The notes beneath the pieces were generated by a model. It worked only from the letters and a program-made list of their open reading frames with translations. It made no database searches and was not told where the DNA came from. Positions 40,454 to 55,523 of a stretch of 64,000 nucleotides of DNA are shown here, piece by piece. Positions within the stretch are counted from its first letter, which is position 1, and each line of letters starts with the position of its first letter. The stretch is from Ophelia neglecta (lineage: Eukaryota), in contig OZ260666.1 of NCBI GenBank assembly GCA_965285935.1, positions 36,642,001 through 36,706,000 of the forward strand. Reading direction: 5' to 3'. Made by a program: the position numbers and the translations under genes.

Positions 40454-43400
40454 CTAGGGTTGAATTAAGTTGAGATAATGAATGTTCGGCGGCTTGAATA
40501 TAATAAGTAACCATTAATATGGAAAAATATCCATTATTTCAACTGATGATGATTCCTTTAAAACAGACTGGGTGCAGTTCATGACAATTATCCATGGCCT
40601 GTGGCCACATTGAACATTATCTAATTTACAGATGCATCCTTGATGGTAATCCCATCGTCTCAGCTGAAGGGAGCCCCAACTAATGAAGTTTTTCAAGACA
40701 ACAGCACATGAGTTGGTCACCAAGTTCATGCACTAGGTATATTTTAGTAGAGCTAATGAAATATTACTGCAACTCAGTTCCACCATTCACAATCAAAGCA
40801 GAACCTGACTTGTACAATCCATAAACCTGCTGCTCACTCAGCCTAGGGTGATGTTATCCGGGTAAATAGCTTTCAGGTGTGACTTTCATGTACAAACCAT
40901 TATATTGAGTTATTCTCAAGATATTCATATATCTATAAGGTGATAATATTTGGCACTCATGAGGTGCATTCAGTGATCTGGCTCGTTTTTCTTTATGTCC
41001 AGTGTAAGGCTAGTCTCCACGTCAGTACTGAGGGCTATGTTCCCGCCAAATGAATCATATTCCTAAAAGATCATCATGCAGCAATCCACCTGGGAGCTCT
41101 TTGATAGGCTGGACCTATTTCACTAAGGAGATTAATAAGAAATGGCAGACGGAGAAATTGGGAGATACTTGTGCAGTTATAATCAAGATTGGGCAGGTGT
41201 GCTGAGAACAGTGCTCAAGTAGATGAGCAAGTACTTAAAGGCAAGGCAGTGGAACCACCTGTCTACATGTATGCACAATCTCTCTAAAGGAAGACCTCCA
41301 TCTTCACATCGCCAGCTAATGTCAAGAGGAAATTAAACCCACACATGCTCTTCACTCCTTCAAAAATGCTGTAGCTAGGTTATTCATACTCTTCTTTTAC
41401 ATGTAATAGCTTTTCAAAATTAATCTTCCAAATTATGAGACGGTTCTCAGCAAAGGAGTTATCACACATAGGAATTGCAAAAAACAGGATGAGCACACCT
41501 GTATTCCTGTCACTCTCTGTCAGTTCTGAGAAAGATAATCATCATTGAACTGTATCAGCACCTGACCAGATGCCTCAATGGTAAAAGGAAATCCACTTCT
41601 ATTAATCTCACAGTTTCAAGGCACAACGATTGTGAACAAAACAGGCTGTCAAAGCCTGCTAAGGAAATTACCAGAATGCAGCATTTACCACCAAGTCCAT
41701 GGGCTGCTACATCAATCTGCCATCGCCTCAAGTGAAGAAGAAAACGAAAACTAATATTTGTGAAAGTAACTCATCAGTAGTGCAGCTGCCCACCTTCAGA
41801 TAACAATCCATGTCAGGCAGAACTATGGCTGCCTACAATCCGATCAGACCTTGTGGCCGCTGACAAATTAACACACATCAGCGCTGAATTAAAAACGCAT
41901 TACATAGCCTATAGATCCCATCGCACACATTTTATTGCTGGTAGATATAGGCCTATCGGCGGCCGGCCAGCCATTCTCCCTGCCTACCAATGACACTTTG
42001 CATTCTTTGGATAATGCTCTGTGTCTTGATTAAGCGAGAGGCAGAGAATTAATCAGAAATTGATTGGGGTGGTTTGCTGCACAATGAGATAGTGATAAAC
42101 GGGCGCCGGACATTCGTCCACGCCAGCTTCTAGCAGAAATGGTCTGGGCAGGCTCTGCCAAGCATAACAGGTTTATGACACAGAAATGACTGACTGCAAT
42201 AAATGTCAATGTTTTACACAAGATATCATATACCAACTGCATGACAGGGCTTCAGTTAAGGAGGTTCTGCACAGGAAATTGGCATAGAATGTATCTATGG
42301 GTTGTTCATTATACCAGGACAAGTTTAACAACTAATTTACATGTACATGTACCTACATGTATATGCCTATGGCCTCAACCAACATGTACATAAAATCCAA
42401 AATTTGCCCCAGCACAGACAGTAATTAAACTAATATAATCCAACCTCAATTTTTCAATTTTTATTTTTATGTATAACATCTTTAAAATGTCAGCTAATAT
42501 AAGCACTAAATAAAAGGGAAATCCAAGCTTGGAACTAAATAAGTAAAACCACATGCAAAGGTTGGAAATTTGCATGTGAATAATAGTTTCTTAATTAGCT
42601 GCCTTCCATATACATGTATTTAAAAACATATGTATATTTGAGTATATAGATTTTTTCTGCCCTGTGATCATATCTGTTATGACTAGAATTCAATAAATGG
42701 CAGAACAGCCATCAATTATTCACTTCCTTGGCAATGATGGGCTCTCTGCACATATAACTCATAAAGGTGGGGGCTGTACTTAAATCTCACTGATGATAAT
42801 CGATTTGTCTCCTGGTTGGATATAATTACATTATCGGTAACATTCAGGGAACATTACTCTGTCTGTCCCATAAACCTCATTGTGTTTGCAGATATAGAGT
42901 ACATACAGGGTATACTGTACATGTAGCTACAACTTCCACACACTTTCACAGCGGGAACCGCTATGCAAAGTGAGAGGATTTCTATATATGCATGTTCAAA
43001 AACATAATTTCTGAAGAAAATAAAAATAATATTTGTTCAAATTGATTGCTTAGAAATCATTCAAAACATGTCCGGTACAGCAGCAAGTGAAATGAAATTA
43101 TTGGTAAATTGTGTTGAAGTTCTATATTTGCATCACAATTACTTGGATGATATAAAAAGATGAAAAGTGGATAAAACTCAAGAATGCAAACAGAAAATAT
43201 GTGTCGGTAAAACAAAGTGAATCAATCCCTCTGACAAATTGTTACCCACAAACCATCATTCTCTCTGCAGTACTGCCATTAAGATAGCTAAGTGTCTAAT
43301 GGATCAAGCAATCTGGCATATACACATACAAGTACATGTATATTCAACCATATTGATTATATGTCATCTTGGAAAGTACAAGGAATGTTCTATTAACATC

Positions 43401-44004
43401 AATTTGGATTATGAATTAAACATTATAGATTCCTTGGTATATGAACACTCGTCTTTGTAGATAAAACTTTATTGATCACATCAAATTACTACCAAACTTC
43501 AAGGTGCTGCTATTGGCATCTTTTTTACCCCAGCTGACGACTTATTTTGTTTCCCACCAGTTGTATAAATAGAGTAGTGTACAATGCTGTATTTGTCGAA
43601 ATACTTTAAGGTGAAATGAAGTGAATGATAACCCCATCTCAACGGACCATGGTACATTAATTACTTAGTCCTTATGACTAATCTTAAATGGGTGGCTCTC
43701 GACAAAGTATTATTATACATTATTTATGCAGTTTTAAAATGTCAAAATGAAAATAATTTCCTTGCATGTGTAATCATGTACAAAAATTAAAATGGTTGCT
43801 TTCATCTTTTCTTAAGACTGACTGCTATCATCATAATATCACAGTCAAGGTTGGCTATAGACCTGGTTTATAAGTATTATTTTGTATCTGATTGTATGCG
43901 AATAAATATACATATAAAATAGCTCAGCTTTCACCAAGTGAAAGAGGATCAGTTACAAGCTACATATCCTGCAGGCTTAAGTCCCCAAATGACAGTAACC
44001 AGGG

Positions 44005-44182
44005 ACATATATATATGCTATGTATAACATATATATATGCTATGTATAACATATATATATGCTATGTATAACATATATATATGCTATGTATAACATATAT
44101 ATATATGCTATGTATAACATATATATATGCTATGTATAACATATATATATGCTATGTATAACATATATATATGCTATGTATA
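44005..44182. repeat. 22-bp minisatellite (ACATATATATATGCTATGTATA) x8
   Basis: Seven exact 22-bp units plus one unit with an extra AT. Confidence 0.97.
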
Positions 44183-45683
44183 CTCCTGTAACACCCTACT
44201 AGCTAATCCTCACCATCTGTAAGCTTAAGTGGTTTGAAAAGGAACATTTGGTTTTCACCTAAGGTAGTAGCCATGCTACTAAACCATCTGTTGCAGGAGA
44301 GAGATCCATGACTGTAAGATGAATTAAAAGCCTTACTTGGCAACAATTCTAGCAACAAGTACACAAAAAATGTCACTCAGGAGACCCAATCTGGTTGGCA
44401 ATTTCTTTCATCACATATTTTCAGCTGATTTGCGAGCGCCAGGGCATAATCTTCATGGCAAACTAATTACCCTCATCCTTTCTTACGGTGCGATATTTTC
44501 CTTGTTGTCATGTCACATCCGGTTAAAGGCTTCATCCGTCACTTTCTGCATCAGTAGTCCTTCTCATTAATACAAATCCAAACTGAAACCAGCAGTAGCC
44601 AGAGAACAGAGAGAGCAGCCTACTTGATAAACATTTGCATCCTCACAGTTTGAAATTGAAATGGACGTGCTAGGTCTGTTCTCCCACAGATAGGAATTGG
44701 GGTTGGAGGGTGCACCTCGCGAGAGTAATTTTGTCCTGTTCTCCAGGGAACCTGTGATCCAGTTCAAAGGAAAAATGATAGGTAGCCCCAGACATCAGGT
44801 TCTTCATCTCCTGTGCTTCCTATTGGAACTGACCCCCAGGTTATGAACAATGCAACAATGCCAACATCAAGTTCTGTAAACAGATATAATCAGAATCCAA
44901 TTTTTATTAACCATGTTACCAGTAACTCATCTCCTGGCAATCACCCACACCACTGGTCAAGTATTGGCATACTGATGATTTTGAATCAGTATGGAAACAC
45001 ATTAATTCCAGCGTCAGAGTTCTTGCATCAATGGAATAGCAATCCCCCTCACAGTCCACAGTACCTTGCTGAAGCATTGTGACCTGCAGGAAGTGCAGAA
45101 TAAAATGTGCATGTAAATCTGACATACATTGTACAGACTGCAAGCTTATTGTATTGCAATAACTTTTATTTTGTGAGCACCAGAGAATACCCATTTAGTT
45201 AAGTTTGAACATTTTGTCTTGTATCCCTCCCCCCCCCCTCCCCCACAAAGACAATATCTTCATAACCTATCCCAAAGCTATTGATTCCTTTGACCCACTG
45301 ACAGTAAGAATTATGCCAAAACCACAAAATTGGAGATGGCATGTACCTTAGAAACCATGGAGGTCCCCATAGAGGAGTGCCCATCATCATGAAGAGACAC
45401 AATTCTCTAGCATTAGGACCAGAAGCATGGGAATACATCCTTTCTTACAAAAATACCAAATAGGTGGGGGATAAAATTCTCACTCTTTGTTAGCACTGTT
45501 ACATGTTGTAAGACTTATCTGTGTACATTTACTTATAATTTTTGCTGCTGGTAGGAAGAAAGAAGGACCAATATAGAGCCTTTATATACATATATCAATT
45601 ATGTACAGCTACATGTAAAAATCTGTCTTGCTTCATTCAATTTATACCATGCTGGGCCAAAGGAATCAAAAATGTGTTGCCAC

Positions 45684-45835
45684 CTTTCTTAGTGGAGGTA
45701 AAACAACAGCAGACTGCTTCCCTTGGCATTCATTACACAGTAAATGAAGATGATGTTGAGATGACTTCATAATTTCCTGAAGAGTTCCTGACTCTTTTTT
45801 TTCATTTTGCTCCAGTGTAATTACCTTTTCCATCT
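45684..45835 (-). CDS. Weak candidate exon MEKVITLEQNEKKESGTLQEIMKSSQHHLHLLCNECQGKQSAVVLPPLRK
   Basis: Acceptor tatatttcag|AGATG; phase-0 donor AAG|gtggca (weak) or an internal AAG|gtaatt at 45825. Confidence 0.28.
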
Positions 45836-48800
45836 CTGAAATATACAAGTACATGTAAAAGTACATGTCCATGCATATGACACCACTTGCTGTAGCCCAT
45901 ACAGTGATTTGAAACCTTTGATCCAAGTAACATTTATCCCAGGTTGAGGGTTAGCAAGTCAACTTTTTGTGTGTGATATAGCTTGACTATGGCTATCTTC
46001 CTTAAACTGCTGATCCTTTCGGAGCACAGCAAAGAGGATCCCAGTGAGATCTATACACTGATACTAGATTATCTGGCAACTTTATTCACATTCCAATTTT
46101 GCTTTCCAATCCCCTGGCGCCCTCCTCAATGTAATAAATGGTGAGAAGTGACAGTCCTGGGCTGATAACAAAAATCAATTGGAATGTAATTTCCACATGT
46201 ATTTCTACAGCATATTCCTCTTTCCTGATAGCAACAGCCTGACAAAGACCAAGATGTCATCAAAAATGTCTTTAGCTTGTGAATTCCACAGTTTCTAGAG
46301 ACAACTAAAAAGAGATGAAACATTTGACAATGCTACCAATTTCCCTGACCTTCCAATGCGGCTGTTGCATTCCTGTATCAAATGATGTTGCATATCAAGC
46401 TATTATTGCATTAGGAAAGTCATTTTTAACTGCTCCAAACTCAGTTGGCAGACAACCACAGGTAGAAATAGAAATAGATTCTCGATAGCAGTGGCTCTTT
46501 TTATCAGGCTTGTGCTTCCAGGTCACTGAGTTTGTCATGTTTGGATGTTTTTCCTCCTCTTAGATAAGCTAGGGATATCCTTGATAGAGTGGTTATAGGA
46601 GGGCAGCTGGGGCTGACAGCTCACCCAGGAGACGCCCTACAGAGAGCAGCAGCCCCATGGCCAGGTTCAGGGGTAAAATCACATTACATTGTACCTGTGA
46701 CAACGGCAGGCTTTTCAACAGCACTGCATGTCAACTAGCTCAAGCATTTTATGGTGCTCATGCATCACTGTAAAGACAACTTCATTCAGGGTTTAATTCT
46801 AACTTAGCAGGTTGACACGCTTTACATGCCCACTCTCCATCCTTTACACATTCATATTTCAGCTAACCTGCCCGGGGTTCCTGCAGGTTACTTCAGAGAG
46901 TCAACCGCTGTACAAGAGTTTAAGTTATAATTATTTCATCATGTTTCTCTTTGAATAAGGTTTGGTATATTACATCCTTTGAAATTATTACTTTCATTCA
47001 TAACATTCTCATGAAAAGAGGTTCCTTTCAACAACAGCTTATAATTCTTCCTAGTTTGACATACTGTACATGTGTATATTGAATTGAATTGTATTAATAT
47101 GTATTTAATATACATGTACATGAATGGCCATGTAATCCCCTCACTGCTTGACTGTGATTCTTTTTTAGGATTGTAAAATAGAAGTACAATGATCTAAAGG
47201 ATTGTTTGCTTGGAATTATTCCTGCACAGTAATTATCCTTGGAATTTGGAATAAAAGACATTGGGGCCAAATAGATCATGATGTGTGGCCCAATGTATGT
47301 CAACACTATTAAAACAATATATGAATAATTGCTTGATATTTCATATTTGCCCAACAAAATGTCAGTACCTACTTGAGAAATGGTTTACAAGGACAGAGAC
47401 AATACACCCGGAGTAGATGAAGCACATTAACGGCTCCTGTTGCCAGCAGACCAGGCTAGTGTATAGGGCTGCTACTCAGGGTAGAAGACAGCCTGCTAGC
47501 TCTGATTGCTAAGGGGCAGCTCATTGGGGCGTGTGTCTGGGTTTGTATATCCTCCCTCACCTTCCTTGAGCTGACCACTCCTTTTCTTAACTAAATGAGA
47601 GGAATAGACTGTTTCAAAAAGGAGACAGATCCCATGGCATCTATTCCTGGGTGGCAAATTTCTCTGACACAAGAAGTCAACAAAATTTCACAAGCTGTTG
47701 CCAAACAAAAAGGGAAACAACAGATGGTGTGGAACAAAAAAAACCCCAGAGCACACCATAAACAAATAAAAATTTGGCATGTACGTGTCCCTTGTCCACC
47801 ATTTGTGTCTTTATTTTACCTTGGCATGTTTCTAAGTAGAAGCAAATTTAATACAAAGTACAGATATTGACAATATCAAACTGTACATGTACAATGTGTA
47901 TACTGGTATAATATGTATTTGGCAACAAAAAACTGCTGGGCTGCATCTCAGGAATTGCAAGTAACTGATAGCTTGCTGAAAGAGGCATTGCTATTCCTGC
48001 AGTAACACAAGACTTACATTGTTGTGCAGATGAGGTAGTTGGTAATCCCAGCTCCCCTACAACATGGCCACTCTTCACTGAGCAGAATGTTCCCTTAAGG
48101 GTGGCTGTCAATTGAATCACACATGGCTGAACTGTAAGCCTCAAATTCTCACAAGGTCTTGCTCTAGAAATTGGTTTCACTACACCTAAGGCCAAAACAT
48201 AAAATCCTAGAATTTATCCAATCACATAAAGTTTATCAGTAGCTATAAACTTTTATTTTTCACCAATTCACAATTTTCAGAAAACTCCACCTCCTTCTCA
48301 TGTAACCTCAAACCAAAGAGATTTCTTAGGACTATAATTATACACAAAACCTTGCCAGACACTAAAGCATATCCTTGCATGGAAATTGTGTTTTGTAATA
48401 AAAAGAACAGACACAAAATGCCATCAGAATATTTGTCTAATGTTTTATGAGATGAATAAACAAGAATGCACCAGTTGCAGACAGGAAGGCGCTCGTGGCA
48501 ATCGAGAGGTTTATACGTTCTTTGTCCATTTCTTTACAGGACACAAAAGACTTATACCAGCATCTGCAGCAGGCAGTTTATGAAAGAAGCCAGTTATACT
48601 GCCTGTCAGACTGACAATTACCACTCTGACCCCACTTCCTTGTTGTGTTAACCAACAAACAATTTGCCTACCCTTGGAGGTGTAAAAAAAATTCATTTGA
48701 CATTATGAACATCTACCAGGTCTTGTTTTTATGACAAGCTTAATTGAAGAATTAAATAAGCTAATTATTCCCGGAGCAAACATTTGACGCCTATAGCCTT

Positions 48801-51289
48801 TTGGGGGACATGGAGCTCAGGAGTTTGGGCTTGCCTCATTAATAATCCATCTCGGCTTTAATGAAAGTCAAGCAATATTTGCCTCAGGTCATTCTGCAGC
48901 GGTGCCAAGTAGTCAATGAACATGTACTTGGCCTTTTTCATACACATCTACACAAATAAGCACATCTTTACAATAAGATCCTCCAAGCATTTCATGGCTT
49001 TAATCAATTCAATCCAATTTTTTGTTGCAACAAAATCACACGTCTCCATGGGCCTGGGTAAACATTTAAAAAAAAAAGATTTGTTCTACCATGCATATTA
49101 TATCTTCTTACGATTCTCCAAATGTGGATGTAATATGCTCAATATTGTGATTTTAAAAGCTGTCCAAATTGAATATGGGGGACCTATAATACTACAAGGC
49201 TGACCCAAGAATAGCAATTTAAGCAAGACCAGATAGGCTGAGAAGTTGGGTCAGTCATTGACCTCAGACCAATCCATAGTATCAGCTGGACGGCACGGCA
49301 CTTGTTCATTAATGTCCTTACGATAGTCTCCCTCCTTTTTTTTACTGTAAAACATTTTGTTAAAGACACAAAACACTGAGAGTTTAAATTGTTTACAATG
49401 CAGATGGTGTTTAAGAATCCTTCATCCAGTAAACGTCCCCAAGCAGCTCACAGTGGCTTAATCCGAGCAATGAAATTTAGAGCAGAGGAGATCAGCCAAC
49501 GTGTTTTATTGTGGCGTTATAATCCCACCCAAATGAGCCAGTGGGAAACATTCTGCAAATTGTTTAATTATCTTAGCTGCCTCCTGACACTACCGCATTG
49601 ACTTTTAATCGATGTACCAGCATTTCCGAGTTGCATTGCTTTAGGGATATAACCTTTCATTGCCAATTATAAAGGGCCATCTGATACCCAGCGTTAAGCT
49701 GCAATAATCGTTACCAACAGCATTGGCAGATTATGCTCAAGCCTGCCTGGTTGGTATTCCTTGAAGTCTGCACTTTGTTCAATTAATTGTCTTTAATGAC
49801 GATTTGTTGATAATTTATCTCTCTCTTGAGGCTTTCCACTGGTAACAAGTTTGTGAACAGAGAGATAGTCTCCCTGGTGAGCAGCGGTGAGTTGTGGAGA
49901 GGGCTCTCCGGGTTCTGATGGATAACAAGTGGCGGGGCAGTCATGACTCATAATGCTGTCAATTGGCCGTCAGTCCTGTTTTCTTTATGGTCAACACTGG
50001 CCCTCTGGCCATTACCATCAAATTCTTTCATAGTTTATTATTCATTAGAGTGATCCCATCAGAAGTCAAACAAGGATGGGTTAAACTTGATGCCATTTTC
50101 AGCTATTATTTGCAGGTGAATATCTTGTGATACCATTTCCAGCTCCTAGCTCAAGGATATATGGCTGGATGCAAATTGGGTTTTTAGTATTAGGAACAAG
50201 CCTGAACATTTGCACTGCAAGTAAATAGGTTTATCTCACAATTTCCACTTGTCACAGTAAACACTGAGTAAAACGGATCCCAGTGCTATTTGCTGATTGC
50301 TTTCCAGCACCTCCATCCTCCTAAAAGAAACTATTTTTTCTAAAAGTCTGACTTTTCCCCACCAAAAGCTGGCCACTGGAGTAATGAAAGACAGATAGGG
50401 CAGAAAAAACCGAGGCACTTGGCATCGTCTGCTGATGATTTTAAATGACGGGACCCTTGTAATATACAGCATTACAACCACACTACATCATCTGTAATCT
50501 CCAGCAAATTGGAGCCACATCAGAGATCATATTCCCATTTGCATTTAGATTTGAGACCACAGAAACTATTGATATTTTTTCTTCTCTATCCAATCTAAAG
50601 CTTCACCAATGGCAATGCTTTATGGGACATATCCATTACAGTTATCTAGCTATAACTTTTTTGCAATGACAAGAGCGATATAACCCAAGACAGTCTCTGT
50701 TATTTACCAAGAAGCTCAAGATAAGATTGTGGGAGAACATGTATAAATGTGTGAGCAAAGTCTATTCCACAGACACATAATTACATGTATACATGTAGCT
50801 TAATACAGTCGTTGTTGTTGCTCCCAGGTCATCATCATAAGTTTGTGTTTTAAACTGACATTGGGAATTCAAATTTCTCTGTTATACATACAATTTGCCA
50901 GTCCTTATTGTTATGATTGTTTTATAAAAACTCTTTTTATAGGAAGTACTAAGCAATCAATTGAGTAAATATTGCTAAAGATATGACATGTTGAATTGAT
51001 TAACTAAAGTCCTTATTCCCAAAACTCCAGGTTGTACACATCACCTTATTTCAGTGTAGAAACTCCGTGAAAAGTTAACACATATTTTTAACTATTGAAT
51101 ACCTCTTGCCTTCATTCATGGTGTTCAATGGTCCTCTGATATAGAGAACCTTCATCTTCTCGGGAGATTAGAATTTACTTGCCTAGCAAACCTTAGGATT
51201 AAAAAGCTTACAATGATGGCTACATGTACATGAATATTCTTTAAAGACTGACCTCATCAATGCAAAGTGGTGGTGCATTGGGCAGACTT

Positions 51290-51550
51290 ATTTTCCTGCA
51301 TTTTAACCTGTTCATAAACTCACTCAATTTTACTCTTTTTTTCCTCATTCTACACATTTTACTGTTTTCCTTATTTAACTTTGCTTACCTCATTTTACTC
51401 TGTTTTCCTTTTTTTACCCTGTTTTCTCATTTTACTGTTTTCCTTTTTTTACTCTGTTTTCCTCATTTTTCCCTGTTTTCCTCATTTTACTCTGTTTTCA
51501 TCATTTGACTTTGTTTTCCTTGTTTTATTATTTCTTCCTCTGTTTTACTT
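51290..51550. repeat. Degenerate ~20-bp pyrimidine-rich tandem repeat (TTTTCCTCATTTTACTCTGT)
   Basis: Repeated units are visible and explain the Phe/Leu-rich ORFs 51260-51508 and 51381-51605. Confidence 0.85.
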
Positions 51551-53021
51551 TGAATGCAAGCAAGAAAAAGGAACCTGGGTACTCAGACACAAAATTCATT
51601 TATAATCATTCCAGTTTAATTTAATTACAAAGACACTAATTTGAAAATTAAGCTTTTTATGGTATGGCCTTTGAGTGACCCAAGAAACTACATGCTGCAT
51701 CAAGTCTCATCTGGTCAATTATACATGCATTACATGATACAGGAAGCTACCTGCATGTTAGTAGTACATATCATACTGCAGGCAAAAAGACGTGTATTCT
51801 TCAGTCAGGGTTGGAAACTGATATGAGCACTAATTCTATGGGCAGTGTGATATGTTGAATAGTTATGTACAAGTTGTGAGTCATTTTAACTCACTTATCA
51901 CCACTGTCAGAAGTATTCCAAGAAGAGGACACACATTTGTATACTGTAAATGTATACTGTAAATGTTCATTAAAAGACACGTTTTTTGGCTTTTCAGCAT
52001 TCATCCATTCAGTATGAGTACAGAAGTCATCAACATAAGCATACTCAAATCGTGCCCATTATGAGTTTAATCACCACCAAACTATAAACTAATTTCTAAC
52101 AATCAAAAATCTTTTATCATTTTGTAAGCATACTTATGAAAGCCATTTAAGATCCCACAAGAAATGATGCACTAAAGAGGTGCATGCTATTTGTCCATCA
52201 ATCAGGGCTTGCACGTTACTCAGGTGACAGTTACCCTCCCCTGACACTAGGTCCTAGGCCAATATCTCATGCACTGTCCTCGCATATTAATTTGCCTAAA
52301 TTGCCCCAAAGTCACAGGGAAAGCTTTCCCAATCCCTCTCTTAGCAGTAACACATAAAGCATCAATAAAATCCTGGCTGCTGAAATTGTGAACACGACAG
52401 GAGCAGACGTTCCCTTCAGTGATATGGAAAGCCTAATTAATTTGAGCAATATCTATTCAGGTCTTGTCACTGTAGTTGGAGTGTGATAAAAGCCATGTTC
52501 AGACCATTGAGGTTAAATGCAACATAAATGCAGGGAGCTTGTCAGGAATCACTCCTATAATGGCATACAGATGTACTTGTCTAGGAAAAAAGGCAAAAGT
52601 CAGGCATGGCAGGGTCATACATACATGTGACTAATGGATCCAAATTATCCTTTACGGCAGGCAGATTGGAGAATGACTAATAATTAGGGGAAAAGTTTAT
52701 AAAGCAAGCACAAGATTGGCAATTTCTTCTCTTTTATAGAGGTAATTATGGGAAGATAATTAAATGGCATAGAATTCAGGATGGCTTTAAGGAAGGGAAG
52801 AGAGGGTTTGGCAGTTGAGTGTTGACCTTAAGGACATTGAGGGTAAGGTGGAGCTGAGCTCATGGTACATGGTAATGACTTCCTTAGCTCGGTGGCTGTG
52901 CAGGTCCATTGCCATTGAAAAGACAGGTCTTAGAGATGAGACTGATGATAACTCTCTCTGTCAAATGTACTAGTCTCCCAGGTAATAAATATACTGAACA
53001 TCTGCTGCCTGGTTCAGGATC

Positions 53022-53250
53022 GGGGGGGGGGGGGGGGGGGAGGGTCTGTGGGGTTGGCTATGGCAGGTGATTGACAGTGTAATGTGCAGGGGGTGGGGGT
53101 GGGGTATGTAAGGGTGGGAAAGCAGGGGCAGGGAGGTACCTGTGTAATGGATGTAAGGTTGGTGGGGAGGAGAGGGAGGGGGTTCTGGCATGTACTAGGA
53201 CAGGAGAGTGCCAATACATAATGGGGGGAAAGTGGGGGCAGGGGGGAGGA
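53022..53250 (+). repeat. G-rich low-complexity tract (long poly-G and many G3-G5 runs)
   Basis: Directly visible; explains the Pro-rich minus-strand ORFs. Confidence 0.8.
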
Positions 53251-55523
53251 GGAGTAATGTCATGCTAAAACAGTAACCTTTAAGTAAATATATCAGGTCA
53301 GTATAACTCACCTCAGTCCTAGTTACCTACAAATACCAGATCATCATACTTCTATACCCCTTGAATCCATTATTCATGAAATCCTTGATAGGTGAACAAA
53401 ACCATACATACAATTTTCAAATGAAGTACCACACTGTAAAACCAGCAAATATGGACTACTACTGGGGCTTGGTGACTTTAAAACTCAAAATACATCTCAT
53501 TGTTTTTAGAAAAACAATTTAATTGACTCATGCATTCTTCTCTTTTAGATTATTTGTTATATTTGTTATATTTGGCTTTTATCTATTTTATTGTCATTAC
53601 ACTTGTTTTCATGCACCTGCAGTCAGCTAATAGCCTGAAGCCATTGTTTCATCTTTACCTGTACCAGTCGAATTTTAAATAAACCTTATCCATCTATCTA
53701 TCTAATAGTACCTGCAAACCCCAGTACCATTTTGCAGGCAAATATCCCTTCCCAAGGCCATATTTCAGTACCACTTCTCAGTCGGGCTGGTATCAGTAGC
53801 ATTAATCTACAGGTACCAGCTCAGTACAGCATGTCTTATGTACACAGTCCACAGGTACCAGCTCGATGAGCTAATGGCCTGTTACATGGCCATTACCTTA
53901 TCTGCAGGTACCAGCCAGCTGGGTATGGCTCATCTCAGTTACAGGAATGTACAGGTACAGGAACTGTCCTGGCTCAATACTGGGCATCTCATTCAAAAGG
54001 TAGCGGTAATGTTCAGTAACACAAGAATATTGTTGGATGCAATAGCAGTAAGCAATATTGAGAAGGAAGAAATGTTAATCTAAAAATGCATGAATACAGG
54101 ACCAAATGGCAATTAATACATACAAGAAATCCTACCAAATTGAATAGGCCAAATTAAGAAAAAATAACAAAGCTGCCAATTTCTTTTGCTTTCAAATAGT
54201 CTTTGGTTTAAGGTACATGTACAAATGTATCTATTTATGTATAATTACATATATATAAGACATATTCAGTGGAAAAAAAATCCCTAGGAAATATCAATTG
54301 TGCAAATCAAATACCCTTTTAAAGAAGAAGTCATTAGCAGTGTTGTAACTACTGCTGTCTATACCCAAGGGGATTTACACCACATCCTCTCCCATTGCAG
54401 AGCAATTATTCACAGAAATTTCAGGAGGCAAGCTATAAGAAACCTGATCTGATAGCGCAATAAGCTGATGGAGAAATCCGTCAGTTTGCCCGATGAAGTG
54501 AAAGACCTAGTTTCCTGAGACCTGGCCATCGCATAATCGAGGTCTTAATAGGCAACTATAATAAATTGAGGTTTCTCAGTCCTCTATTGGCCGGTATATC
54601 TATAGTAAGCCGCTAGAGAATTGGATGATAACTAACTAAGTCAGTTTGACAGAGAACAAATATATTGGGTAATCATTAGGCTATGATGATTGTATTATTG
54701 ATCATGAGGTGAAAGCAGTATAACAACACTGAGCGTATCTTCATGTTGATGTTAACCTGATCAAGGTGGAGAATGGGGGTTTGGAGAAAAAACTATGTGA
54801 TAATCATACGGCCATTTAAGTGCACAGAAGGCAGTCTGTTCCCTTTTTCATCAAGGACATCTTATTCATGAAATCCTGTTGACTGTATGGTTTCTCGGCT
54901 CATTTTGACTTCTTGAGATTTTTATATTTGAGGAGTCAACCAAATGTAAATTGCCTCGAGTGCACACACTCTCGTGCCCGTAATGCGATCATATTCCTTC
55001 CACGATAATTGATCAGTTTTCTTCAGTGTTTTCAATAACTGAGGCACTTAGTTTTTCTGAATTAAAAACTAGGTCAGATATTAGTATGCTATACAAGATA
55101 AAGAGTTTCCATGAGAATTTAACATGTTCCTCTTTTTGAAAGTTAGAATTTTAACTCTTATACATTGTACATACCGGTAAAACAAATCACCAAAGCAATT
55201 TGATGGATTATTTGTTTTAAATGGCATAATTATATCAGTACATCAGCCCCATTACATTTACCACCTTCATTCAGCTAAGTCAATATTAATTTGTACGTAG
55301 AACTTCCACATTCATTCAAAGAAGACATTTCTCTATATAGTTAAAGGATTTATAATTATAAGCCTATGAATACCAAGAGTAATAGTATGTGAAAAATGGA
55401 TATAGCCAAGAGTCTATAATCATTTGTCTATACATGTACTGCGGTGGGCATGTCTAGTGCACTGTTTGTCTTAAAACACTCTTTGATAAACACAATACAT
55501 GTATAGGGCTTTGAAGGAATTGT

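Noticed and set aside
51260-51605. Hydrophobic Phe/Leu-rich ORFs resembling membrane proteins
   Set aside because: Translation of a T-rich tandem repeat.
52970-53214. Proline-rich ORFs
   Set aside because: Antisense translation of a poly-G tract.
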